The position numbers and the translations under genes were made by a program. A stretch of 64,000 nt of DNA from Lepidodermella squamata (lineage: Eukaryota > Animalia > Gastrotricha), in assembly GCA_047495785.1 (NCBI GenBank), contig JBLDXI010000042.1, forward strand, positions 2,666,001 through 2,730,000. Reading direction: 5' to 3'. The notes below the pieces were generated by a model. The model searched no databases. It was not told where the DNA came from and was given only the letters and a program-made list of their open reading frames with translations. This document shows, in pieces, positions 1-13,881 of the stretch. Positions within the stretch are counted from its first letter, which is position 1. Each line of letters starts with the position of its first letter.

Positions 1-519
1 ATTAAAATGCGCGACCAGAAGCACCCGAGAAAAATCTAACATATCCGATTCAGTGAAAGACCATTGATGCCTCTGTCCTAAGCTAGATTCTCCGCGCTTC
101 CTCCCGGCTTGGTTTCTTTGAAAATAGCCAAAAGGTCCCTCGAGGAACAGCGAACAATTCCGAGAGTATTCTGATTCGAAAGAAGAGCATTCCGCATGAT
201 TCGGAGATTTCGAGGAGAATTCCTGGAACAGTGACTTCGATAAAGCATCACTTTGAAGATGGCTGCTGATTCGATAATCAGGCTCATCAGTGCATTTCAT
301 CAAGCTGAAACCATGAAATTCATCAGAAAACGCTGGCAAAACTTCTCCATTCGAGCCTTGAAGCAATAGCAAAACCATTCCATCAGACAGGGTTAGTAAA
401 TTCGCAGCGTAAATGAAAGTGGAAGCTATTAAGGAGGCTAGAAAGAGCCCGAGAATTGTCACAATTTTCCGCCGTTGAAAGGACTGATATATATTTCGCC
501 ACGAGAAGTACGTTAACAT
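1..519 (-). CDS. Partial gene running off the window edge: type II membrane protein, possibly STELLO/DUF288-like glycosyltransferase
   Basis: Manual translation gives an uninterrupted frame from ATG 519 to base 1 (MLTYFSWRNIYQSFQRRKIVTILGLFLASLIASTFIYAANLL...DFSRVLLVAHFN). It has a basic N-tail, a TM helix and a stem. Absent from the ORF track because it has no stop in the window. The family guess rests only on the terminal FSRVLLVAHFN-like motif. Confidence 0.5.
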   Translation of the reverse strand, partial: MLTYFSWRNIYQSFQRRKIVTILGLFLASLIASTFIYAANLLTLSDGMVLLLLQGSNGEVLPAFSDEFHGFSLMKCTDEPDYRISSHLQSDALSKSLFQEFSSKSPNHAECSSFESEYSRNCSLFLEGPFGYFQRNQAGRKRGESSLGQRHQWSFTESDMLDFSRVLLVAHFN

Positions 520-1463
520 TTCTAAAGCAAATATTAAAGATTAGACATGATCACAGGAAAGAAAGTCAGTGAATAAAGATTATGGATCTTTAATCGATAC
601 AAGAACGGGTGTGCATTAGCAGTCACGGGAGTCCTAATAATCCAATTAAACTACTCCTGAGAACAACATTTTTTGCAATATTGATCTGGTCCTAAAAACG
701 GCGGGGACAGAATTATTAAATAAATTTTACGCATCAATGTATTTTTCGCTAAAAATGGCGATTTTGGGAGTTTGTTTACTCAACAGCGGGGCGTTTGCTG
801 AAAATAAGATTATTTATCAGGATTTGAGGCGATTAGCGCGCTTAATTATTGATAAGCGCGGCACACTTCAGCAGCAATTTACCTTCGTGAATATTTCACG
901 AATTATTGTTCAGTTTGGAGTAAAAACAGAATTTAGACACACGCTTTATTACTACATCAGGGAAACGCTGGTGATGATGATCATCACGCGCGCTCGGCTT
1001 TTTGCCACGCGTGTAATTTTATTAGTCGCACACGCACAACGAGAGCTGGGCGCGCGCGCGATTATTTGTCTTTTATTTGCGCGCGCACAAGGCGAGGCGT
1101 CTATACATATAATAACGCAAAATGGGCGGCGCACACCTCACCTGCCGCGCGACTTCATCATCATCATCGCGGTCGTACAGCTAGCTCATAAAACCGCAGA
1201 AATACGCCGATAATGTGTTAGTTTTGCCGACATGAAATTTTCATTTGCTCCGGTAATTTATTAGCTCAACGTGTTTAAGCTGGTTGCCGGGTGCGTCGTT
1301 GTCGCTCCTCTATGTTTGCTGGGCCCGCAGTATGAGAGCCACAGGGCGCATTTATACTCGCATTGGGAAACACTTGTGCACTTGTTATTTATTCACTTTA
1401 AAACATATCCAACTCTGCTACTGTATGATTGCATAATAACGAGCATGGCTACAATTTTCTCAG

Positions 1464-2204
1464 ATCACCGGAAATTTCGAACTGCGGTGCGATATGATGC
1501 TCTATTATTTTCCATTCGACGTCAGCAAATGCCAATTTGAGCTACGACTTGCGGAGGACCCACTGCTGCTAAACGTTGGCAAGTTATCAATCACCAAGTC
1601 CCCGTCTTATGAAGCGATTTCAAGTAAGAGCCGATTCAACATTGTGGGTTAGCGAATTAAATTAAATTAATTTGCACCTAATTAATTCTTGAAAAACTAT
1701 TAAGATCTGACTTGGAAGCTGAGTAATGGGTTGACATTAGAGATACTTGTCGGCCGGAAAACTGGTTATTACGCATCAGCATTATGCGCTCTATGCGTTT
1801 TATTGGCAGCGTGCCAACTTGCTACCTTTCTATTACCGATTCACGGAACGGAAAGAACTGTTTTTGCTATGCTTTTGTTAGTAATATTTTCGGTTGTGGT
1901 TCATGTAAACATCGACGATGAATTGCCGAGATCAAGCCAAATCACCCTTGCTGAAATTTATTTAGTTCATCAGACAGGATTTGCAGCATTTTACGTTCTG
2001 TATTCAGCGCTTATGGCGTTTCTGTCCGAGCCAGGAGACTTGGAGGTATCCTCTGAAGAGACAATAGTTAGAAGCTACCGCCAAATCAAACGAAATAAGG
2101 TGGAAAAATTTCGTAAGATTGACAATGCCATGTTTCTATTGTCTTTTCTGGGAAATCTAGCTCTGCATTCTGTACTATTTCACAGGATTTTCAATCGCTC
2201 GTGA
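1464..2204 (+). CDS. L1: Cys-loop LGIC subunit, 3' part only (Cys-loop, TM1-4); 5' exons not found in window
   Basis: Exon from 1464 encodes CDMMLYYFPFDVSKC. After a GT-AG intron (~1624-1703) come RKTGYY, M1-M3 (LPIHGTERTVF; ELPRSS) and M4 (KIDNAMF). AATAAA at ~2238. Confidence 0.75.
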
Positions 2205-2292
2205 TTACCAGATGAAAACAAGATTTATTTAACTTAAAATAAAAATGAATGTTCAGGTTACAACAGAATGACTTGGCTACTAGTTGCTTGAA

Positions 2293-3801
2293 TCAGAAGG
2301 ATACTAATTTAAACATGGCGACGCCAAACAAGAGAAAGTGAGCGCCAAGAGTGGCGATGATCACGAAAATGAACATGAGCCAGTCGATGAAGAAAGGATT
2401 AACTCGGTTTTTAGCCTTAGCTTTAGCCATCAAAATCCTTGGATCTGAAAATTATGAAATAAAAGATAAATTGAAGTTTTAAAGCACAAATGTACCCATC
2501 TGCCATGGACCTCCATCGTAAGACCTGTACAGGAGAACAGAATGGAACGTTGACAGTGCTCCTATTCCAAGGAGACTTAAAATGTACATGACCAGGTATA
2601 CTGTTTGGGTAGATTTTGGAATCAGGCTCTTCACGCTGAGCTGTAACACAACGAAATTCAGAGTAATGACGACTGAATAGTTATGTCTCTCGGGCCGATA
2701 GAATGGGATTAGAAACGTTGTCAGCTGCAACAGAGCTGTTAGTATTGCTGGAGCCACGATCTAAAAATTGAACCAGATGATTGATGAAAACTGACTTTCT
2801 CTGTTTCATTTTACCGTTATCAGGTAGTACAAATAACGACGCTTGACGACGAGAGAGTATCGGTAGATTTTCTTGCCAGCCGTTTCCGAGTCAATCAGGG
2901 CCGGGGCGCTGCTAACGTACTCCCAGACGTTGGAAAACGACTCTGGAACTTCGAGAATGTTGACGCAGATGAGAAATTTTACCAAATCTTCCCTGTCTGA
3001 CAGCTGAAAGTCAAAAGTGCAGCTCTGGGTGTCAAACGGCCACAATCTGATAAATTTGGCAATTAAGGATTAATTTTTTATTTAAAAAAATGAATACTTA
3101 AGATTCAAGGGACATCTGGATTGGTAGACTCCAATCAAAGTGATTTGAGTTGATCCACCGTTCTCGGCTGTGTCCGCTATAATTTCAGTGTTATGCGCCA
3201 GATCGTTGACAATATGAATGTTTTCGGCATTGTTGAGATGCAGAACATTGGGAATCCACACCTTGCTCTTCTCTGGGCTCACAGAGATCTGTTGAATCTT
3301 AGCAAACTGGCGGCTTGATGATGTGTTGACCCATGACAGCAGCTTGTTCTGCCAGCCCAGCAGAAGTTTAGCTCGTACCGAAATGGTTTGCTGTACATCA
3401 TCGACGTTGAGAATTTCGAAAATTTTGAAGGTCGGCTTGACGATGACTTGCTGGGAGTAATTCAAAACTGGACGAAATGACAATCGGTTGTAGTTGAACC
3501 GATTACGCAAGCAGCATAGCAGCAGCGCATCTGGGTCAATGAGCTGGGCTTTGCATCTCTTTTTCAAATCTTCGTCGCTAAGTTGATCAAGATACTGTTT
3601 TGTTGGGAAACCGCAAGTTTCATTGTAAGTAGGTTTCCAACCTGGAGGCATTGGCGGCTCGAGAACTCGTTCTGATGCACATTCTGGATCTGTTGATAGC
3701 CCGAGATCTGCCAGAAGCGATGTGTCACCGCCCAATGCATCCAGTAGACTGGCTGAAAAGGCTGATCCGAAAAAGAAAATAACAAATGCAAGCCGGATCA
3801 T
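2293..3801 (-). CDS. L2: divergent Cys-loop LGIC subunit with Cys-rich N-terminal extension (4 exons)
   Basis: Signal peptide MIRLAFVIFFF, RPV motif, WIPNVLHLNNAE, Cys-loop CPLNL..WPFDTQSC, KRRYLYY pre-M1, IPKS M2-M3 loop, M4 FIDWLMF. Joins ORFs 3082-3819, 2806-3045, 2479-2757 and a final exon ending TGA at 2293. Confidence 0.88.
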
Positions 3802-3974
3802 CTTGCGATCTTCTTTCAACGAGTATTACTAAATTTTTCAATCAAATCACTCCTTCCCTCGATTCGACAAACGACTTGTTTATTTAAAATTAAAGTTTTT
3901 AATAAGATCCAAATGAAAATCAAACAAAGTTAACGATGTACGCAGAAAAAAAAGAAAATGCAAACAAAAATTCC

Positions 3975-5231
3975 TTAAGGGCTTATCATCAAATAATAAA
4001 AAGCCGCATGTATGCCGACGGTAAGAAGTATCGCCACAATGAACATGGCTGTATCGGCGCGATGAATTTTTCGGACTTGGTCGGGAGCCATTTCAACAGC
4101 AGATTTGCCATAGCATTCACTCGGCGTTGCTGCCAAGCAAATGACGCCGGAATAGAGGGCAGCTCCGACGTTCATTGCGAGCATTGATGACATGTAAAAG
4201 TTGAAATAAATCGACTGGCTTGTTTTAGGCAGCTGCTTCGTGGCTGAAACCAAGAAGAATGCGTACGTCAAAAGACAACTGACTGAGTGAACAATTCGAA
4301 GTGTCTCCTCCGGTGGTAGCAGATAGACAGTTAGCTGAAGAATACCGGCAAGCATTGTCGGAATCAGTGTCGTCCAAAGGTAGTAGTTGCTACGACGACT
4401 TAGCTTCATTGTCACCTTGAAACATGCCTTCGGTTGCGTAACAGTATCAAAGAACTGTACTGTCTGAAAGTCAAGGACCTGCCAGATCGCCGTTGGATCA
4501 TCCAGATCGCTTGCGTCGTAGGGCAATTCAACTTTCGTGAAGTTTGCGCCAACATTTAGCAGGCTGAAGGTCATGCTGCATGTTTGAGTATCGAACGGGA
4601 ACCTAGATTTCATAACATTTGATAAGCCAAATTGAATAAAGGATTGACAAGTTATTTCTTACTTTGCAAGGTCCAGCTGACAGCGTGAGTTGAAGATAGT
4701 GGTTATATTCCATTGAACGGCTAGGTTGCTACTCAAGATCAGCTGCCAGTCCTGACCAACCGCCGAAACCACATCGACATCCTGGCCTAAATATGTTTTT
4801 TTATACCAGCTCATCAATTAAAGTTGAGAGCTTACTGTTTTCTTCGTGAATTATAACGGGCACCCATATCATATCCGAATCGACGCTTAGTACCTCGACG
4901 CTTTTATTAGACCATTCCAAGAAAGGATCGACCCAGCTCAAGTAAAGCATTCCATCCGCTTTGATGATTGACTGAAACAGAGTTTTTGAAATTTCAGATT
5001 CAAATTTCAAATTCAGCCTACCCCTAAATCGTCGATATCGGGGATGTTGTTAAGAGTGAAATTAACTTGAATGTTAAGGACATCATTCTGATTTTTGATC
5101 GGTACGCCTGCAACTAGAAGGGACTTTGGATAATTTGCCACAATATTCTTAACCACAGCCGCTTCCGGGGCCACTAAATTGTCCGCCATTGCCATGCCGA
5201 AATACGAAAGTGCACCAATCAAAGAAATCAT
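3975..5231 (-). CDS. L3: divergent Cys-loop LGIC subunit
   Basis: Signal peptide, WVDPFLEW, IWVPVII, CQLDLAK|FPFDTQTC, SRRSNYY, LPKTS, M4 RADTAMF; GT-AG introns. Confidence 0.88.
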
Positions 5232-5365
5232 TTTGAAATAAGCAGAATGTTCTAACAAAATTAAAACAAAATTAAGGCCACGACATTTTAATAAATAAAG
5301 CAAAATTCAGCATCAGCAAAAAGGGGACAGCAGATAAAGAATGTTCAGAATAAATATGTAGTTCT

Positions 5366-6797
5366 TCAAATAGTAATGATAACAAAGATAACAATGTGTG
5401 AAGCAAGCGTCGCTAGAAGCAGCAAGCAAAACGCGATTTGATCACATCGGCGAACGCGAATTACGGTTGTCGTGATTTCAGCTGCAGCCTTGACTGAATC
5501 GACTTGCTCGACTTGGTACTCAATTTTACGTGGTTTCTCAATTACCTCGCCATTTTCATCCAGTTCGGCTGGAGCGTTATCGTAATAATAAGGCTCGACC
5601 TTATTATTCATACCGTCATCTGACAGCTTAGCAGATCCAATGCTTACGCCATACAGCGAAACTTTGAGGGCAATGACGTAGCAGAAAATCGCAGAGATAA
5701 TCGTGCAGATTGTTCCAATACCGAACTGAATGATGATGTATAGCAGGAGCCAGATGAGCTCTGATGTCTTTGGGATTTGATCTTGAATCATGATCTAATA
5801 TCGGTTCATTCCAAATTGACGAATGACGATCAAGTAAAATCGCTTTACCTGAAAAATACCGAAAGCGACCAGTACTGATACGGAGTAGGCTGGTCGATCC
5901 GGTGATTCTGGGTTCAGGCAGAAGGTAGCTAGTTGCAAGATGCTCAGCAAAATGCAAGGAATTATTCTGGAATTGACAATTTATGGCAAAGTCAAAAGTT
6001 CATTTTCGCTTACATGTTGTAGAGAAAGTATTGGACATTCCGCTTCATGGTTATTTTAAATATCCCAGTTCTAAAGCGATTTGAACCCGGGTCAATAATT
6101 GCATCAGTCGCCACCAAGGACCAAATGGAGCCTCGACCAAATTCATCACCGCGAAATTCTTGAAAATTGATATTTCTATCATAATCCACCAGAAGATAGA
6201 AGAGCCACGAATCAAAGGTGAAGTTGCAAGTTTGCTTATCGAACGGAAATTTCTCCAGTCTGTAAGAAAGTTTTTACATAAAACCAGAACACGTAAGTAA
6301 TTAAATTACGTCAATTTGCAGTTGGCGGTGAAAATTCCAGTCGGCTCCCACTTGGCACTGCCGTTTTTGGCAACAATTACCTGAGAGCGCTCGCCAAATC
6401 TCATGACAACCTGCTGGTCTTCGACGTTGTTGGCATGCAGGATGCGAGGCGTCCAAACCGACGACGGCTTGACAGATATCTTCGGGATTTTTAGCCAATC
6501 GTTGAAGTCAGGCGACGCCCATGATAGAAACGGATCTTTCCATTCGATTCGGAGTGTAGCAAGCACCGATATCGTCTGGTCGACATCATTGATTTCGTTC
6601 ATGTGAAGTAGAACGAAAGTCAGCTTGACAATCACCGGCTCGAGGGTTGTCACGGGCCGACCACCCTCTGCTGGTGGGTAATTTTCAAGGAGCTTGGAAA
6701 CCAAAGTAGACTCAGTTTTGACGTCACCCATGTCTTGTCGCGAGGTCACAGGAGCGACCATCAGCGACACGCTGATTATCGCGCACAGGGAATTCAT
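5366..6797 (-). CDS. L4: Cys-loop LGIC subunit (nAChR/5-HT3-like fold)
   Basis: RPV, WKDPFLSW, WTPRILHANN, CKLTLEKFPFDKQTC, loop B FDSWLF, KRNVQYF, PDRPAYS, IPKTS, M4 RRCDQIAF. Confidence 0.9.
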
Positions 6798-8707
6798 CTT
6801 TCAGCTTTCTTCCCTGATTTGAGGATTTTTGTCGGATTTCACCTTCAAAGAGAAGTTTGTTTACCTTTAATCAACTCTTCAACACTTGTGGCTCCTTGTC
6901 GTCGGTATTTGCTATTCATTAAATTGAAAACAAATTCGGCCATTTCAACTTTCTGGAAGTTTGATTTTAATTGGAGATGAATCATGCAGCCAAATTATTC
7001 TGCGCATTTTCAACCGCATGTCAGGATACTTCTGCCAATATTTCAGACAAGAGCGCGCTCAAAATCACTGTTGTTTGTTTCATGAGATAATACTGTAGCA
7101 AACGCAGGTTTTACATAAGCGCCACATGCAAGCCCACCTGCTCACGCGAATTGATGTTACGAAAGGTAACAACTGATAAGGATTAACGATCCACACTGTA
7201 AATCGACGAAAACACAACGCTGTTTACTTCTTAACAAGAACAGGTTTTGAAGTATAAGCCTGCGGATGATTAACATGAAGGATTTCAACGCAGTAGTTAT
7301 TAACAAGTCATGTGAGTATATTGGAGTATTTGGGTCAAATTCGTACACGTTTAGGCGGTAAAAACCACATAGCTCCCCTTTAAAATAAGAGTTACCTCGG
7401 AGGTTGAATTAAAGGAGAGGTGTGAATCATTACCTTTTTGCCGCCAAATAAATCCGGAATTATCACAATTTATTCCGCGATCTTCATAATTTGAGCAACA
7501 GCATACAGAAAATACTTTCCTATACAAGTTGCTGCGTGGATATAATTTTACCGTATCGTTTTATAAGGGATAGATACAATCTATTTGCCCCAGGCGAGGT
7601 TCACCCGACGAATTAAGCCAACACTTTTATATTCTTACCATTCGTACCTTGCAAAGAACTCTTCAAGCCTTCAAAAACGCCGTGGTCCGTTTTCCGAATT
7701 TTGATTCCAGCGGCGAGAAAAAATAATATAGAACATGCGCTTTTGAATGAAATCGAGCTAGTCAAAATCTTATAGCTTCACTAAAATTGAATTAATTAAA
7801 AGAAATGGTCACCGAACAGTCGCTGCCGAGGTCGCGGTCGGCCTGATGGCATACCTGGCAGGCAATTGCGCGCTAGTGCGACATCTTCTCCATAACTTCA
7901 ACCTCGATTTTAAAGGTGGCGCCCATGGTTTCATTAATCAAGTCTTGATACCACCGGATAATATTTGTTTGTTTTTTTCCAAAATTCACATTTCTTTTTT
8001 TAAATCGAAGCAGAATAATATTATAGGCGAGGCAATATGCTTTTCCCTGAATCGTGGTCCCGAAAGTTAATTTTAGATGCTAAAACTAACTAGATTTAAA
8101 TTTAGTTTCTCAGCTCGATTTTCGAATTGATGCATTTCTTTGAAGTAGAGCGACTAGCGTGGAATATTATTTTTGGCGGAGGTTGATTTATCTTAGCTGC
8201 CCATCCCACGAGCTCGGGCAGCTCGAAGCTAATTAGTTGGATGTCATTTCTTTGTTGCGGACATGCCCAAAACATTGACCACAGAGTCGGCCAATAGCTG
8301 CCCGCGCACCATAAAAACGCAACTCCAGTGTACAATTGACGATTAGCTCGCTGCTATGACGAAACGTGGAGAAAATTCGAGTTAGAGTATCGCCTTAATT
8401 TATGGCGCATATATTTTATTACACTTTATATTTGCGCTCTCGTGTAAAAGCGGCTGATAGATAATTAAATGAGCATCGATTGCGTTAGCTCCATCAGCGT
8501 TTTTGTCATCACTTTCAAATGAACCCCACACAGCCGCTATTTATCGCCTTAAGGCATTAAGACGAAAATTAGTCCCAATTCAATCGATACTGGCACTTTT
8601 TTTATCGAAGCTTTCATTATTCTCTGCCAATTTAGGGCATCATTGTCAAGTAAATAGGGCAAGTCCCGCGATTCAACTGCGCACTCGGCTATCGCCAGTC
8701 TAATACA

Positions 8708-10043
8708 ATGCTTGTCACGATTACTGTCATGTTCCAAGCTCTTCTTCACGTGACAAACACCCTCAAAATGCCTTACATTATTGAGGAAGACGTTTTAACT
8801 TCTTGGCTAGTGAAAAATTGCGCTCTCCATAGCAAATCGAGGCCAGTCGCGGACTACTCAGAGCCGTTTGATGCTAAAATATTCCTGCTTGCTTCAAGCC
8901 TGATGGCCGTGCAAGAACTGAGCGACGAAACAACAACTTTTACGCTTGCAGGGTTCGTTACCCAGACCTATAGGCATCCCTGCATTGCAAATATCAGCGA
9001 AAGTGAGAAGCGGCTAATCTGGAAAAATGTACCGGAAATATTTCAATACGGAGCTCTCAATGTCTACACAATTCCTCTGTGGCTACCAAACGCTGTTAAA
9101 AAGACCATGCTTCATGACGAGTAAGGCCTTTGAAGTTCTGAAATCTTTATAAGTTATTAGGCTGTCATCCAGGGATTCCGCAAAATCTTCCTTCGTAACC
9201 ATCGCTAGAGATGGGAAAATCAAAATCGACATCGCAATACGACACGAAACGAAATGCGAGTTACAGTATCGGCAGTTTCCCTTCGATAGAAGTGTAAGTT
9301 ATGATGCAGACATTTTTCATTCTTTAAATGACCTTTTACAGATCTGTCAAGTTAGAATAGAAAATTTAGCGAACACCGATCTTGTTAAAATGGTTCTTGA
9401 TGATCCTCCGCTTCTTATCGAGGATGAAAAATCGTTCGCCGAGGGAACCGAAACATGGAATATCCGACCGATCTCTTCCTCTCTTTTCCAGAGAAGTTAC
9501 CCGGATGTCCCAAATATTTTTTACACAAATTTCGTATTCAATTTCGAGCTGAAACGTAAACCAAGCCACCATTTGTTAACTACAATATGCCCGTGCATGG
9601 TTTTGATGATTTTACAACTTGCTACTGGCCTAATGCCGCCGCGGTTTTCTGATCGGAGTGGCTACTCAATGGCTTGTATGGTCTCATTGGCGGTTCTCCA
9701 AACAACCGTCGCAGAGGAAATTCCGAAAACATCGCAAACGATCGCATTTCTGCTCAACTTGACGTTCCAAATTTTGATGGCTATGTGCTGTACAGTTTAC
9801 GCCCTGCTATCTTGCGCTCTCGCACAGGAGAAGTGGTTCAGACGCAAGATTATTATCGAAGTCACAATAATATGTTGCTCGACGCAGATCAAAATTTCAC
9901 GAATACGACTTGTCGATTTGACCTTTTTCACTTTAGTGGCGATAGCTGCGATAATAGCCAATGCCATGGCTTTCTCTGTTATGTTAGACAACAGTCCTGT
10001 TGAAGCTCAGGAGAATAATACCACAACTCCGCATGGAAGTTGA
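8708..10043 (+). CDS. L5: divergent Cys-loop LGIC subunit
   Basis: RPV, YRHPC, WLPNAV, CELQYRQFPFDRS|IC, LKRKPSHH, ICPC, SDRSGYS, IPKTS, IRLVD; AATAAA at 10069. Confidence 0.88.
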
Positions 10044-10258
10044 AATGTTCAATTATATTGCTACTGGTAATAAAAAAAATCGAATGCCGAATGTGAAAAG
10101 CTTTTTCGCACGTGCGCTGTAGTCGAGATTATCCATTGTTTGCTTTTCATTAAAATCTAAAAATGTCTCGTAGTTCGGGATTTCAATACGTCAGAATTTT
10201 AACGAAGCAAAAACTTGCAGACAGCTTTAGTATCGAAAACAAAGTTAAGCTTTAAATC

Positions 10259-11643
10259 ATGTTGAGAAAGGCCGAATTTTTCACGTTGATCGTGTGTTTG
10301 CTGCAAAAGCAATCAGTTCAGCAATCATCGAGTAATAGCGACGTGATCAAGCCGGCTTTCCGATCGCAAGCTGCGGAGCTATGGGATTATTTGGTAGCTC
10401 GTTGCTCCCTGAAAGATATGTTTCGGCCAGCGGCTGGAAACGAAACAGTTAACATAGACATAGCCCTGCATTTCTACCGGTTTTACGAGGTGACAAACCG
10501 AGAACAAAGTTTTAGCCTTCTAGGCGATCTGGCTGTCATGTGGAATCACCCTTGTGTTGGTTGGGGTGAAGACCCTCAGACTGCGAAATGGGCCGATATT
10601 CCGTCGATAACTGTGAGCCCCACAATTATATGGTTACCGATTATTCAAGTGAGTTGCAGCTAAATAAGCCTTCTCCTTGCTCAATTATTCATAATTTAGC
10701 ACATGAACGCAGTTGAACAGATTTACGACCTTATCAAGTGAGTTTTTCAGCTTGAATCTGATTGTAAATTGTAAATTTTTCGTTTCAGCGTTGGGATGCT
10801 GAATACCGTCTACATATATCAAAGTGGTGGCTTCATGTGGACCCCAATGGGAAAGTTCGAGTCAACTTGTGTTCTCAGTAAGCATTCGATCTAGAATTGT
10901 TTCATCATCTGATCGGCTAATTTTAGAACTGCGCAATTTTCCATTCGATACTCAAATATGCACAATGGAATATGAAGCGTGGGAGAATAATAACTTCGTA
11001 AATATTTCATCCGCCATCATGCAAGTCATAGACCCGGAGCAGTTTCTCGACTCAGGGGCCTTATGGACTCTTATTGGCAATGAAACTGTCATCTTTGATA
11101 AGATTTATTTCGGCGATGAAGCCAACAAATACAGCCACGTTTCTTTCCGGATATTTCTGAAGAGAAACCCGGCCTTCTACGTCGGATCTATGCTACTCCC
11201 AATGGCAGCTTTATCTGTGCTTCAAATTTCTGGGCTGTTCATGGAGCCTAAGTTAGCTGATAGACCTGTATATAGCATCACAGTGTTGCTAGCATTTTCT
11301 ATTCTTCAGGTAAGTGCATTCATGCCTTATTCGCTGTTTTTCACGAACCAAATTTTCTTTGCAGACAGTAATTTCGGATCAAATGCCCCAAACTTCTGAG
11401 ATTGTTCTCATGTCAGTTAATATATCGATTCAGTTCGTATTCGGAATGCTGCTGACACTGTACACGCTAATCATGTGCGTGATTGCACGGGATGAAGAGT
11501 TCAACAAAATGAGGAAACTTCCATGTTGCAAGGTCCCTATCCGGCTGCTACGCCTGATCGATCTCATCGCTGGTGTTACAGCTTCGTTTATAACCCTATT
11601 CGCCAACACAATTATATATGTTCTTCTTGTTGGGAACAGCTAA
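10259..11643 (+). CDS. L6: Cys-loop LGIC subunit
   Basis: RCSLKD, WNHPC, WLPIIQ|HMNAV, LRNFPFDTQIC, YEAWE, LKRNPAFY, ADRPVYS, MPQTS, LRLID. Confidence 0.9.
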
Positions 11644-11806
11644 AAAATCAGAGTTCATTCTTATATTCGTTAGACAAATAAACACTGGAGATTCTTGCGT
11701 CATTGTAAACAGGAATATTTTCCAATAATTGGCAAACAATTTAATGCGTAGAACCTACATTTCAATTTGCAAACATTATGTGCGCAGTAGTTTCACATTT
11801 TTTGCC

Positions 11807-13243
11807 ATGAGATACATTTCTCAACTTATTTTTGGATTTTACGTGTGCCTCGTTAACGCTAAATTTCGGAATCCAGAGGCTGAATTGTGGGAATATCTCA
11901 ACGACAAATGTTCCCTTTCAGACATCATGTTCCGTCCGACAGCAGCAAATAACGAGACCGTAAATTTAGCGCTTGAATTAAGCCTTTATCGATTTCTGGA
12001 GGTCAACAGCCTTGCTGAAACGTAGATTAATGTTTTCGCTATACTTACAAGATCCATCCAGTTTTCTTACAGTTTTGCTGTTCTGGCAGATTTCAAGCTA
12101 AAATGGCGACATCCTTGTATTGCTTGGGGAGATGATCCCTCCAGTGAACAATGGGCTGCGATATCGGTAATAGCAGTAGATCCACGTAATATTTGGAGAC
12201 CCATATTACAGGTGAGGCTGGCGAAAATTGCATACATTTTTGGTAAAGAAAGCATTTTACAGCACATTAATGCTGTCTCAGACATTTTCGACCTCCAAAC
12301 GTATATTTTTCCAAAATGTCAATGCCAAAATGCTATGTTCATATTTTTTACAAAGCTTTGGATTGATGAACACCGTGTACATCGACTCAGATGGTTTGAT
12401 ATTATGGACTCCAATGGGTCGCTTTGAATCGACGTGTGCATTGAGTAAGTCGCCAAGTTTTGCTAATTTCATCTTACTTGAGCAACTATCTTTCAGGTTT
12501 GCGCAACTTTCCAGCGGACTCTCAGGTAACTTGCTTCATTATGGTGACAAATATGATTTGCTACACCAATGTGTAGACATGTACTGTGGAGTATGAAAGC
12601 TGGGAGAATGTGAAATCTATTAACATCTCATCTGTAGAGATTGTGATAAACGATCCTAAAAATTTCCTCGATGATGGCCATTTATGGTCATTGATCTCAA
12701 CTGGTGCAACTGTTTTCGAAAAATCCTATGTTGGAGAGGCGGAAAACTACAGCCGAGCAGTTTTCATTATCAAACTGCAAAGGAACTATTGGTTTTACAT
12801 TGGTTCCGTGCTGTTGCCTTTGGTAGTACTCTGTGTTCTCCAAACGTCAGCTTTGATTCTGGAACCGAAGTTGCCCGATCGACCAACTTACTCTATAACT
12901 GTCTTGCTAGCTTTCGCTTTCCTACAGGTAAGATAATTCTTGAGAATCTGTGCCCAGTCAAAAAATTTCTTTGATTCAGTCGATGATAGCTGAACAAATG
13001 CCTCAGACATCGGAGCTCGTGTTGATGTCTGTCAATATTTCAATTCAATTTTTCTTCGGCATGCTTTTGACGTGTTACACGCTCATTTCCTGCACCCTGT
13101 CGAGATATGAGCGATTCACCAAGGCTTGCAGATTTACATCGATAAGAACAATCCGACTGATTGATATCGCGGTTGGATTCATTATTTCATTGCTAACAAT
13201 AGCTGTGAATTCGTTCGTTTATTTTTCAATATTTTACGCCTAA
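11807..13243 (+). CDS. L7: Cys-loop LGIC subunit (6 introns), paralog of L6
   Basis: KCSLSD, WRHPC, CALSLRNFPADSQTC, YESWE, LQRNYWFY, PDRPTYS, MPQTS, IRLID. Confidence 0.9.
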
Positions 13244-13881
13244 GACTCGGCTATTTACAGTGTGTCTGAAAAAGGCACGAGGCGAAGTTGAGATAAAGGA
13301 ATTTTCAAGAATGGCGGAATCGATTTTTTTAAATAAAAAGCAAGTATTTAGATTCAATTTCTTGAAACTCCTCATTAAAACGGTGCAACGAGTATTGGCG
13401 CAATACACCAGGAGCTCTAAAATCGTTTCAACACGCTTGGTGTGATATTTTTGCACAAATTATGAATCATCACCATGCAAAAAATGCAGCGATGATTTAT
13501 AATTATTACCAGTTGTTCGCACTAAGCGAGACAGTTCAAACGTGAAATTCAACCTCGCTATCTTTCGTTTATAAAGAAATGGTAACAATTATTTTTGTTA
13601 GAGTTCATTACTATATGAATACCGCCCCTACAGCTACTCACCTTTTCACCTGCAGTGAATGCTCACATTTACTCGTAAATGTAGAAATTATAAAATTGCT
13701 AAGGCTTGCCAGCGAAATTATTTATTTAACAATGAAATTACTGTTTACAAAAATAGATGGATTTTTATTTTTCTGCTTAAATACAGAACTTTTGAAAAAA
13801 ACAACAAGGAAAATTTGCCAAAAATAAATTTTCGTAAATTACAACCAAAAAAATTGAAAAAAATGACGAGAAAAATTGCTG

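Noticed and set aside
737-1540. ORFs 737-1213 and 1271-1540
   Set aside because: No recognisable motifs; they lie in CGCG-rich, repeat-like sequence. No TIR/TSD could be defined, so no element was called either.
7000-8500. Possible transposon between divergent L4 and L5
   Set aside because: No convincing TIR/TSD or ORF; treated as intergenic or promoter sequence.
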